IMG/VR virus record: IMGVR_UViG_3300032330_002024
Span: 6,993 to 70,992 of that record
Reading direction: 5' to 3' (one strand)
From: a virus
Taxonomy: Duplodnaviria > Caudoviricetes
DNA length: 64,000 nt
Shown: in pieces, positions 42,123-50,892 of the stretch
Position numbering within the stretch: the stretch's first letter is position 1
Layout of the letters: every line of letters begins with the position of its first letter
The notes under the pieces: model-generated
Seen by the model: only the letters and a program-made list of their open reading frames with translations
The model's database searches: none
Told to the model about the DNA's origin: nothing
Program-made: the position numbers and the translations under genes

Positions 42123-44048
42123 TTATGGTTTGACAGTTACTGTCCAATTATAAGGAGCATTTTTAAGTAACAAATAATTTGGGTTTGTTAAACCTCCAGT
42201 AGGTGACTGTGGTTGATTTACAGTTGTTCCCGATAAATAAAGTGTTTTATTATATAATGTATTTGCGGTTGCTGTTGATGCGACATCTTGTAAAATATAA
42301 TCAACCGATGCAGTTTTAAGATTGGTATTTCTAAAATCTAACAATAACATATTAGTCATTGCTGAGAATGTTGATGTCCATCCTGTTAATGATGGTGTAC
42401 CTGCAACATTAAATGTTCTTAAAGTTGATGGGAAGTTACCTTGTATTATTTGTGGACTATCAGTAAAATTATTACTTCCTATGGTTAACGTAGTTAAAGA
42501 AGTATGACCTGATAAATTTGTAGTACCTGTTAATATATTATTATATAAACTTATTGATGTTGCGCCTTGAGTGTAATTAAAATCAAAATTCTTTAAAAGA
42601 TTACTTTCAAAACTTATTGTTTTAATTGATGGTGGGAATTGTGTTGTCCATCCTGATAAACTAACACTATCTAATCTGAAAGTTTGTAATGACGTAGCAC
42701 CTGTTAAATCTACAGTCCATTGTGGAACATATTGTAAAGGTCCATTATCACTCATATTAAAAGTCACACAACTTGTTGGGAAGTTACTTGTATATCCTGT
42801 TATGTCATTCAAATCCAATCTTAATGTTTGAATACTATTTGGAAATATAGGTGGTAATGTTGTTAAATTGTTATTGTCTAATCTTAATGTTGTTAATGAT
42901 GTACATCCCGATATAGTATTTGTAAATGAACTTAAAACGAGATTACTATTTAAATCTAAATTAGTTAAATTCGTATTTGCCGATAAATCAATATCAAAAT
43001 TACGGATTCTATTACCATTAAGATTTGCAATTTGTGTAGATAATGGTAATGTATAAGTCCATCCTGATAGTGATGAATTAGAAAAAACATTTATAAATTT
43101 AAGACCTGTACAACCCGATAAATTATTGGTCACATTAAGTATTGGTAATGATGTGTTAAGTACAATGTATATTTCAAGGAATGTTGAGCCAGTTGGTACT
43201 GTCACATTCAAGTTAGTTAAACTATTATTGTTTGTTAACCTTAAAGTTCTAAATGAACTACTTCCTGAAAAATTGTAGGTAAACCCTGACATATCAGTAT
43301 TGTTTATTAATAGTTCTCTAAATACGGGTAATGTTGTTAAATTAGTTGTCGGAGTGAACTCAAAATTTTGAGACCCTGGTGAATTTGCACCATAGATATA
43401 AAAATCAATAAGTGAGTTAGGTAAACTAGAACTAAAATCAGTTAGAGTTGTACTTGATAGTACTATTTTTGTTGTTGTACTAAATGCACTAAAAGTATAA
43501 CTGTTTTCTATTATGTCTGAAATGTTGTATAAATTAATTTCTCTAATATAGTTGGTTGAAAGAGAAGATGATACTTGAAAATCTTCACATGTTGCGGTAT
43601 ATACACTTGAACCATACGTATGATTATATGAATAATTTGCGAATCCTAGTGGATATGGAGGGTTAGTAATATTAACTGGTAAAGTTGAGGTATCACCCCA
43701 ATCAATATTGAAACTACTATTAGGTGATGTTTTAAATATAATAGATAAAGGATTTGTACCTAAAATATTTGAAACTTGGAAAAACGGTGGTATAAATGGT
43801 AGAGGTGTTGGAGTTGGTGTTACATAACAGTTATATATCTCAAATCTCTCACAACCATCACTTGTTATTATTTTAATACCAATTGCTGGTATAACATCAA
43901 ATGGTGGAGGTAACACAAAGGTAAATGTTGGTGGAACTGTTGAAACCACTGTAGATAAAACTGTACAATTGTTACCAAAAACATCACAAGCATAAACTGT
44001 ATATGGTAAATTTAATCCTGTTATTGAATTTAATGTTATCGTTTGCAT
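42123..44048 (-). CDS. Leucine-rich-repeat adhesin / putative receptor-binding protein with N-terminal Ig-like module
   Basis: LxxLxLxxN repeats (LTTLRLDNNNLTTLP, LTNLDLNSN, LTTLTIGSNNF); PKD-like FNIDWGD; cap VDYILQD..NWTVTV; TPTPTP linker. Confidence 0.7.
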   Translation of the reverse strand: MQTITLNSITGLNLPYTVYACDVFGNNCTVLSTVVSTVPPTFTFVLPPPFDVIPAIGIKIITSDGCERFEIYNCYVTPTPTPLPFIPPFFQVSNILGTNPLSIIFKTSPNSSFNIDWGDTSTLPVNITNPPYPLGFANYSYNHTYGSSVYTATCEDFQVSSSLSTNYIREINLYNISDIIENSYTFSAFSTTTKIVLSSTTLTDFSSSLPNSLIDFYIYGANSPGSQNFEFTPTTNLTTLPVFRELLINNTDMSGFTYNFSGSSSFRTLRLTNNNSLTNLNVTVPTGSTFLEIYIVLNTSLPILNVTNNLSGCTGLKFINVFSNSSLSGWTYTLPLSTQIANLNGNRIRNFDIDLSANTNLTNLDLNSNLVLSSFTNTISGCTSLTTLRLDNNNLTTLPPIFPNSIQTLRLDLNDITGYTSNFPTSCVTFNMSDNGPLQYVPQWTVDLTGATSLQTFRLDSVSLSGWTTQFPPSIKTISFESNLLKNFDFNYTQGATSISLYNNILTGTTNLSGHTSLTTLTIGSNNFTDSPQIIQGNFPSTLRTFNVAGTPSLTGWTSTFSAMTNMLLLDFRNTNLKTASVDYILQDVASTATANTLYNKTLYLSGTTVNQPQSPTGGLTNPNYLLLKNAPYNWTVTVKP

Positions 44049-46672
44049 TATGAAAAATTAGTAGGTATACAGAATGGACCTATTGTTAATCTTGCTTGAG
44101 ATGCTCCAAAGATGACATTAGGTCCAATTATTGAAGGTTGAGGTAACAATGAATAAGGTGATGTATTACTAATCTTATATATTGAACTATCACTTGTTAC
44201 CAAATAGATTTCTGACGATTGTTCAAATATACATGATACTGTTTTACCTGGCATTCCTGAAGTAATGTCAATATCAAATTCCAATGTTCCGGATGAACTA
44301 TATTGTAATACTCTTTGAGATGCACTTGGACTTGGTGTATACACTAAAACAATAATTTTATCACCTGTATCAGTTAACATTATATCTTTGTTAGCAATAT
44401 AATTTAATGGTAGTGTTGCAACACTAACTACTAAAGGTGTTAGGAATAATGCTAATATAACAATTTCATTTGGAGTTACTCCAACGTTTGTACCATATAA
44501 TGTGGAGTTAGTTTCTGCAAAAAGAGAACCTAACGTTACTGGTGAAGTAATAATTCTATTAAATGTAACTGAACCTGGACAAAGATTCATATCGTATTCC
44601 TCAATGGTTACACCGTCACCTCTGAGTAACCATAATTTATCTGTTGAATTTGCAATATCTATGTAACTATTTGGGAAATTACTAAATAATGTCAATGTAT
44701 TTGATGATTGTTCATATGTATAAACATTATAACCCGGACCACTTGGATTACGGGACAATAAGAAAGTTGTACAATCATCAAGACAAGGTATATTAAATTC
44801 AGTATCTAAACAAGATGGTACTTGAGATGACCCTAATATCCCGTGTGAGGTGTTGTTAATTAAAGTAATATTATATGGAATTGTTGTACCAATCAAATAA
44901 ACATTACCATTACCCGTCGCAACGTAAATATTACCTGAATCTTCAAATATACCCCAAGGTCCACCAGTTATAGTTGGATTAAGAGGTATAGTTAATTCTA
45001 AATTACCTGTTGAGTAATCATATTGTAATAAGTATATATCAGATGAAAAGGGGGTATCTTGAGTTGTTACTAAAAGCTTATTAGTAGTTGTTAACAACAT
45101 ATCTCCTGAAACCGAATGTGTTGGTGGTAAATCAAATTTATATGTTGAAACTGGAATATTAGTTGTAATATCCATTTCATAAATTGATTGAGGGGGTATG
45201 GCATTTGAAACAATTAAAGTAGTATCATTAATCACTGATAAACCATTACCTATTGGGAATGGTAAAGTTAAATTTCTATTATATATTGAGGTGAAAGGTG
45301 ATAAAGTTATATTCCATTCTCTAATTGAATAATTATCAGAAGTCCATAATTTATTTTCGGTATGTGATATATCAAAATTGTAAATATTTGATGGGACAGG
45401 TAATAATGTACTTACATTTGTATTAATGTTATAACTATAAATGTTATTAAATTCGTCAACATAAATTACCGAACAAAGAGGTACAGCAATCGGACTAGCT
45501 GTAGGTGTTGGTGTTGGGGTAGAACTTGGTGGAATACCTGATATACAATCAGGACAATTATTATAAGCAATACCTGTTGTATTTGTGAAGTAATTTCCTG
45601 CGAAATAAGTAACCGTATTAAATGGTGATAAACTTGGATATGAAACAGTTTGAGAGATATACTCCCAACATGAATTCACATTTAAATCAAATAAAGTTTG
45701 ACCAATCAACGATAATAATGATGGTGATGTTTGAATAACATATTCATTTGTTTTATCACATCTTCTAAATAAATAATAGAATGGTTCTAAACTTGGTGTC
45801 GGTGTAGGTGTTAATGTTGGTGTTGGAGTATTTGTTGGTGTGTTTGTTGGAGTTTGTGATACTTGAGGTACACATAAATAACACTCACCTAAATTGGAAT
45901 ATCCCAATGGACCGGCAATTAAAGTAATTGTATTGACACCAATAGTTTTGGTTGAGTTACCAACATAACTAATACAACTAGATATTCCATCAACATTTGA
46001 TTCAAAAATCATAAATTGAGTTAACGGACCACCTAAAGGAGTGACAACTTCACTTGTGGTATAATAGAATTCTCCTGTATAACAATCTTGGAATTCTTTA
46101 CTACCTGGACATTGTATAATTGAATTAACAGTTACAAAACTAACATCACCTGAAAAATTACAATAATAAGTTATAACTGGTGAAGATGTTGGTGTCGGTG
46201 TTGGTGTCGAAGTTGACGTTGGAGTTATACCTGTAATCATAACATCAATCCCAATGTTTGGACAGTAATCACTCGAACTTGGTGTTGGTGTCATTGTTGG
46301 TGTTGGTGTAACTGTAGGTGTAACCGTTGAACTTGGTGTTACTTCACAATCAAAAATTGCTGTGAAATCTAAAACAGTACAATTAACAGTTGGTGTTGGT
46401 GTTGGTGTTGGACATGCACCTATTGAAAAGTTTGAATCACATATATCAGGACAACTTGATGAACAAGGACTAGCACCAAATAATATACAACTACCACCCA
46501 AAGAAGATGATACACACCAATACTCACTTGTCCCTGTAACCCAATAAATATAATATCCATAAGTTGAGCCTAACCAATAATTACGGGTATTATATACTCC
46601 AGCTAAACTATAGCTATCATCTACATTGGGTATTCCGGTACCTGAAATACAATAAAAATTACTACAAGGCAT
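44048..46672 (-). CDS. Modular Pro/Thr-linker adhesin with two Cys-rich domains and two beta-propeller-like domains
   Basis: Multiple TPTPTP linkers; duplicated domain of about 225 aa (DISHTENKLW/DIANSTDKLW, GDMLLT/KDIMLT, GIFEDSGNIY/CIFEQSSEIY, GSSQ/GASQ). Confidence 0.7.
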   Translation of the reverse strand: MPCSNFYCISGTGIPNVDDSYSLAGVYNTRNYWLGSTYGYYIYWVTGTSEYWCVSSSLGGSCILFGASPCSSSCPDICDSNFSIGACPTPTPTPTVNCTVLDFTAIFDCEVTPSSTVTPTVTPTPTMTPTPSSSDYCPNIGIDVMITGITPTSTSTPTPTPTSSPVITYYCNFSGDVSFVTVNSIIQCPGSKEFQDCYTGEFYYTTSEVVTPLGGPLTQFMIFESNVDGISSCISYVGNSTKTIGVNTITLIAGPLGYSNLGECYLCVPQVSQTPTNTPTNTPTPTLTPTPTPSLEPFYYLFRRCDKTNEYVIQTSPSLLSLIGQTLFDLNVNSCWEYISQTVSYPSLSPFNTVTYFAGNYFTNTTGIAYNNCPDCISGIPPSSTPTPTPTASPIAVPLCSVIYVDEFNNIYSYNINTNVSTLLPVPSNIYNFDISHTENKLWTSDNYSIREWNITLSPFTSIYNRNLTLPFPIGNGLSVINDTTLIVSNAIPPQSIYEMDITTNIPVSTYKFDLPPTHSVSGDMLLTTTNKLLVTTQDTPFSSDIYLLQYDYSTGNLELTIPLNPTITGGPWGIFEDSGNIYVATGNGNVYLIGTTIPYNITLINNTSHGILGSSQVPSCLDTEFNIPCLDDCTTFLLSRNPSGPGYNVYTYEQSSNTLTLFSNFPNSYIDIANSTDKLWLLRGDGVTIEEYDMNLCPGSVTFNRIITSPVTLGSLFAETNSTLYGTNVGVTPNEIVILALFLTPLVVSVATLPLNYIANKDIMLTDTGDKIIVLVYTPSPSASQRVLQYSSSGTLEFDIDITSGMPGKTVSCIFEQSSEIYLVTSDSSIYKISNTSPYSLLPQPSIIGPNVIFGASQARLTIGPFCIPTNFS

Positions 46673-46673
46673 A

Positions 46674-46889
46674 TTATGGTGTTAAAGTTGTTATTATTTC
46701 ACAACCATTATCATCTATAACTTTTATATTAAAATCATCTTGAGATTCTAAAGGTAAAGGGACGTTAAAATCATATGGTGTTGACGATATGGTGTCTATG
46801 TAAATACAAGTCGTTATTGGATTGTCACATAAGTAAACATCAAAAGGACTTGTCCCCGTCAGACCATTTATAGTAATAACTGTTGGCAT
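46674..46889 (-). CDS. Stand-alone Ig-like module (71 aa), homologous to the N-terminus of the LRR protein
   Basis: Probable ATG at 46889 (track 46925): MPTVITINGLTG..PFDVYLCD..IKVIDDNGCE. Confidence 0.7.
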   Translation of the reverse strand: MPTVITINGLTGTSPFDVYLCDNPITTCIYIDTISSTPYDFNVPLPLESQDDFNIKVIDDNGCEIITTLTP

Positions 46890-46905
46890 TTTAAATATTA
46901 TTTCA

Positions 46906-46912
46906 ATAAATA
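46906..46912 (-). promoter_or_regulatory. TATTTAT motif on the minus strand, heading the adhesin cassette
   Basis: Plus strand ATAAATA; 16 nt before the minus-strand ATG at 46889. Confidence 0.5.
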
Positions 46913-46938
46913 TAAGTTCAAGCAAAAACTTGTGAAGG

Positions 46939-46967
46939 TTGATAAACTTATTATTTTATATTATCTT
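46939..46967 (+). promoter_or_regulatory. Sigma70-type promoter upstream of primase
   Basis: TTGATA-17 nt-TATCTT. Confidence 0.4.
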
Positions 46968-46974
46968 ATAGTTT

Positions 46975-47877
46975 ATGACTGATGAAAAGGAAATAATTGT
47001 TGAGCTACTTACAGAATTATTTGGAAAATACAAACAACATTATCAATCTAAAGGTCAAATTGCCTTTAATTGTCCCGTTTGTGACGAAGAAAGGAACAAA
47101 GGTAATTTAGAAGTTAATTATTTTGACCACGTATTCAAATGTTGGAGTTGTGGTGACACAAGTGGAATGAGAGGACCTTTGGGTCGATTGGTTGAAAAAT
47201 ATGGTAATAAAAAACAAATAAAAATTTATAAAGTTTTTGCTCCTGAAAAAAACGAAGAAGTAAAAAAAGAAAAACCAAAACTTGTATTACCTGAAAGTTT
47301 TACTTTATTCAAAGACTCACACCCAAGATATCCTGTAAGATTACAAGCTTACAATTATTTGAAATCAAGAGGTATTGATGATAGTATTATAGAAAAGTAT
47401 AATATTGGGTTTTGTGATAATGGTTCACATATTGGACGTATTATCGTTCCATCGTATGACAAGAAGAATGAACTCAATTATTACATTGCTCGTAGTTGGG
47501 ACCCAAACAGTCGGGCTAAATATAAAAACCCCGAAGCTGAAAAAGATAAAATAATATTCAATGAACATCTAATAGATTGGAGGAAAGATATTTTTTTAGT
47601 TGAAGGTGTGTTTGATGGATTTTTCTTGGACAACAGTATCCCAATGTTGGGTAAACATTTAAGTGAATTGTTATTCACCACAATATATGAAAAGGCTAAA
47701 GGGGATATCATTCTTGCTCTTGATGGTGATGCATTTGATAATGCGGTTAAAATATATAGAGAACTAAATGGTGGTTCACTATATGGTAGAATTAAAATTA
47801 TAAAACTACCAAAAGATAAAGACGTTTGTGACCTTAGAGGACAAATAGATAAATTTTACATAGAAATTAAAGACTGA
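46975..47877 (+). CDS. dnaG: DNA primase (Zn finger + TOPRIM)
   Basis: CPVC..KCWSC, YLKSRGI, GRIIVP, KYKN, LVEGVFD, LALDGDA. Confidence 0.9.
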   Translation: MTDEKEIIVELLTELFGKYKQHYQSKGQIAFNCPVCDEERNKGNLEVNYFDHVFKCWSCGDTSGMRGPLGRLVEKYGNKKQIKIYKVFAPEKNEEVKKEKPKLVLPESFTLFKDSHPRYPVRLQAYNYLKSRGIDDSIIEKYNIGFCDNGSHIGRIIVPSYDKKNELNYYIARSWDPNSRAKYKNPEAEKDKIIFNEHLIDWRKDIFLVEGVFDGFFLDNSIPMLGKHLSELLFTTIYEKAKGDIILALDGDAFDNAVKIYRELNGGSLYGRIKIIKLPKDKDVCDLRGQIDKFYIEIKD

Positions 47878-48734
47878 TGAATTTAAAAAAAACTGCGACA
47901 GAAATAAGAGAAATCTTAGAAAATAAAAGAAAAGAACTTGAGTTGACTTTTATTGAGGAAGACCACAAATATTTCATGAAAAATAAAGATGGGGAAATAA
48001 AAAGTGATTTCCCATCGGTATCAAAAGTTATGAAATTATTTTACGATGAATTCCCAACAGAAGAAGCTGCTGAAAAGAAATCAAAGGGTGACCCAGTTTT
48101 AAAACAAAAACTTATTGAAGAATGGGCTGCCGCTGGTACATACTCAACTAATATGGGTAGTCGGGTACATTACTTTTTGGAACAAAATACGATTAATTTA
48201 TTTGGTGACTACAAAGAAGTAAGACAACCAATTTTTGATTGTGACTTCACTCAAATATTGAAGGGTGATAGTATGATTTCTGCGGGTAAAAATTATTTGA
48301 AATTAATGATTGAAAGAGGTGCTGAATTATTAGATACTGAAATTGTTTTAGGTGACCCTGATTTAGGATATACTGGACAACCTGACAAAGTTTGGTTAAT
48401 TCCTAACAAAGATGGTGATGAGTTTGGTTTAGTTATTACAGACTGGAAAACTAATAAGAAAAAAAACTTTGAAGAAAATCAGTTCACTAAACGAATGAAG
48501 TTCCCATTCAATGACCTACCTAATAACGCTTTGGGGCACTATTATATACAACTACCACTATATGGTAAGTTAATTTTAAAGATGCTAGAGGGAACTAAAT
48601 ACGAAAAAATTAGGATATACGGGGGAATAGTTGTACTTTTGAAGGATGATGGTGATTATGAAGAGTTTCGTATACCGAAACAAACTTTAACCACAGTTTT
48701 GGAAATGGATATTGGTAAATTCTTAAAAAAATAA
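47877..48734 (+). CDS. PD-(D/E)XK exonuclease (RecB/Cas4-like fold)
   Basis: PSVSKV, GSRVHYFLE, TEIVL..GYTGQPDKV, ITDWKT, YYIQLPLY. Confidence 0.8.
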   Translation: MNLKKTATEIREILENKRKELELTFIEEDHKYFMKNKDGEIKSDFPSVSKVMKLFYDEFPTEEAAEKKSKGDPVLKQKLIEEWAAAGTYSTNMGSRVHYFLEQNTINLFGDYKEVRQPIFDCDFTQILKGDSMISAGKNYLKLMIERGAELLDTEIVLGDPDLGYTGQPDKVWLIPNKDGDEFGLVITDWKTNKKKNFEENQFTKRMKFPFNDLPNNALGHYYIQLPLYGKLILKMLEGTKYEKIRIYGGIVVLLKDDGDYEEFRIPKQTLTTVLEMDIGKFLKK

Positions 48735-48739
48735 ATATT

Positions 48740-49285
48740 ATGAAAACGTTTAACTTGTTATTAGTTTCTTCTCTTTCAGTACTTTTAGTTAATGCTTCTT
48801 TTAATCTTGAAGTACCTAACCCTGAACCTGTGAAACCAAAGACACATGCTGAAAGAATGTATGACGCAATTACATTTTATGCTGACTCTTTTAAGGTTCC
48901 AATTAATATTGCATTTAATGTTGCTTACATGGAAACAACTTATAGAGGACCTCATGATACACTATATGTTCATAATAAAACATCTAAAGCGGGTGCGGTA
49001 GGTCCAATGCAGATTATGCCACAATACGCATCACATTATGCGGGGTTTAACGTTACAAAAAAACAACTAAGAGATTCTTTAGAGTTAAATGTCATGATTT
49101 CCATGAAAATTCTATCAAGTAATTACAGGAAAACAAAAAATTGGATGAGAGCGTTGGGAAAATATAATACTGGTAAACCATGTGTTAACAGATATGCTAA
49201 AAAAGGTGTTGTTAAAGATTATAAAAAGAATTGGGTGTTACCAAAACCTGAAGATGAGATTACTCTTGTTGATTTAATGAAATAA
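48740..49285 (+). CDS. Lytic transglycosylase (SLT domain) with N-terminal hydrophobic signal
   Basis: VAYMETTY (catalytic E), SKAGAVGPMQIMP, ALGKYNTG; N-terminal LLLVSSLSVLLVNA. Confidence 0.85.
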   Translation: MKTFNLLLVSSLSVLLVNASFNLEVPNPEPVKPKTHAERMYDAITFYADSFKVPINIAFNVAYMETTYRGPHDTLYVHNKTSKAGAVGPMQIMPQYASHYAGFNVTKKQLRDSLELNVMISMKILSSNYRKTKNWMRALGKYNTGKPCVNRYAKKGVVKDYKKNWVLPKPEDEITLVDLMK

Positions 49286-49311
49286 AACTATTATAATTAA
49301 TAAAAACTATT

Positions 49312-49530
49312 ATGGATAATTTAGATTTAAGACCCAAAATTGATTTGAAACAACAACCTACTGTTACTTGTAGTGAGTGTGGTAGTAAGTTCTTCAAAGA
49401 AGTGGTACTAATTAAAAAAGTACCGGCATTATTAACAGGAAACAGTGAAGATACATTGGTCCCTTTCCCAACATACAGATGTGATGACTGCGGACACGTA
49501 AATGAAGATTTTGATTTATTTGAGAAATGA
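49312..49530 (+). CDS. Zn-ribbon protein (72 aa)
   Basis: CSECG...CDDCGH. Confidence 0.7.
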   Translation: MDNLDLRPKIDLKQQPTVTCSECGSKFFKEVVLIKKVPALLTGNSEDTLVPFPTYRCDDCGHVNEDFDLFEK

Positions 49531-50306
49531 TAAATAAAGTAGTACATTTTTCTGACCTACACATTCGTCTTTTTAAAGACCATGAACTTTACCGAAGTAT
49601 AGTTCAGAATATGTTAGATGAGTTTGTTGAACTTAAACCTGATAGAATCGTTTTTACAGGTGATTTGGTACATTCTAAAAATCAAATGACACCTGAACTA
49701 ATTGAGATGGTTTCTTGGGTTTTAAATGAATGTTCTAAAATTGCTAAAACAGTTTTAATCATTGGTAATCATGATTTCCTTGAGAACAATATGTCAAGAT
49801 TGGATGCGTTAACACCGATAATTGATTCATTACAAAATGATAATATTGTCTATCATAAAAATCGTGGTGTTTATGAAGATGATAATATTGAATGGGTTGT
49901 TTATTCATTGATTGACCATAACATCCCACCTGATATTCAAAAGTCAGATAAACTAAAGATAGGTTTATTTCACGGACCAGTTCAAGGTTTAACAACTGAT
50001 ATAGGTTATAAGTTTGAAACAGGTTTTGAAACTGATAAATTTGATGGTTGTGATTTAGTTTTTTGTGGGGATATTCATAAGAGACAAATCTTTAACATAC
50101 CTGGTGGTAAAAAAGCATATATGGTTGGTTCAACCATACAACAAAATTATGGTGAGACAATTAAAAAACATGGATATGGTATCTATAATGTAGTAAACAA
50201 CACTTATGATTTTGTTGATTTAGATAACCCAAAACCATTTCTATCATTTAAAATGAAATCATTTGATGATATAGTTAATGGTACAGAAAAATTATCAAAT
50301 TTTTAA
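49527..50306 (+). CDS. sbcD: SbcD/Mre11/gp47-like nuclease (short, 259 aa)
   Basis: SDLH, GDLVH, GNHD, FHG, GDIH metallophosphoesterase motifs; upstream of SbcC. Confidence 0.85.
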   Translation: MINKVVHFSDLHIRLFKDHELYRSIVQNMLDEFVELKPDRIVFTGDLVHSKNQMTPELIEMVSWVLNECSKIAKTVLIIGNHDFLENNMSRLDALTPIIDSLQNDNIVYHKNRGVYEDDNIEWVVYSLIDHNIPPDIQKSDKLKIGLFHGPVQGLTTDIGYKFETGFETDKFDGCDLVFCGDIHKRQIFNIPGGKKAYMVGSTIQQNYGETIKKHGYGIYNVVNNTYDFVDLDNPKPFLSFKMKSFDDIVNGTEKLSNF

Positions 50307-50891
50307 ATGTATTCAGTTGAAGTAAAAAATAACAAAGAAATTTATGATTTCTGTATGATAAATGGTATCACAGATATTAATAAATTTATTCAGGAATGTT
50401 TTAAACAGGGTTTTGATATTAAAAGATACGGTCTTTTAGGTGAAACAGGTAAGAAAGAGGTGATTGTTGAAAAAACGGTAGAAGTACCTATTGAAGTTAT
50501 CAAAGAGATTGAAAAAATTGTTGAGGTAATTAAAGAAGTACCTGTTGATAGAGTAGTTATCCAAGAGGTTGTTAAGGAAGTTCCTGTGGAAACAATAGTT
50601 GAAAAAATTATTCAGGTATCTGACGACACACAAATAAATGAACTGTTGTTAAAAATACAACAGTTGGAAAATAGACAACCTGAAATTGTTGAAGTGATTA
50701 AAGAAGTGACTGTTGAAAAAAGTAATGATAAAACTTTAATGTTACAGGAAACATTAGTTAAATTAAGATTAGAAATTGTTGATAAAACAAAAAAAATAGA
50801 AGAATTAGAAATAAAAATAAAAACAATGGAATCCAATATGAGTCAACCGGCTTTTTATTTAAAGGGTTCCAACTTAAATCAAAAAATGTAA
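50307..50891 (+). CDS. Hypothetical protein with VEKIVEVIKEVPV-type repeats and coiled coil
   Basis: VIVEKTVEVPIEVIKEIEKIVEVIKEVPVDRVVIQEVVKEVPVETIVEK. Confidence 0.7.
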   Translation: MYSVEVKNNKEIYDFCMINGITDINKFIQECFKQGFDIKRYGLLGETGKKEVIVEKTVEVPIEVIKEIEKIVEVIKEVPVDRVVIQEVVKEVPVETIVEKIIQVSDDTQINELLLKIQQLENRQPEIVEVIKEVTVEKSNDKTLMLQETLVKLRLEIVDKTKKIEELEIKIKTMESNMSQPAFYLKGSNLNQKM

Positions 50892-50892
50892 T

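Noticed and set aside
39567-46410. ACACCA/TGTTGG-type DNA repeats
   Set aside because: They simply encode Pro/Thr linkers; degenerate, with no spacer structure
35445-46889. Diversity-generating retroelement acting on the adhesins
   Set aside because: No reverse transcriptase and no near-identical TR/VR pair differing at adenines seen in this window; a TR elsewhere cannot be excluded
42119-46974. Invertible (Mu G-segment-like) tail-fibre switch
   Set aside because: No inverted repeats seen at the cassette borders, no invertase in the window, and the cassette has its own upstream motif
47877-48734. Cas4 / CRISPR system
   Set aside because: PD-(D/E)XK fold only; no four-Cys Fe-S cluster, no other cas genes, no repeat-spacer array
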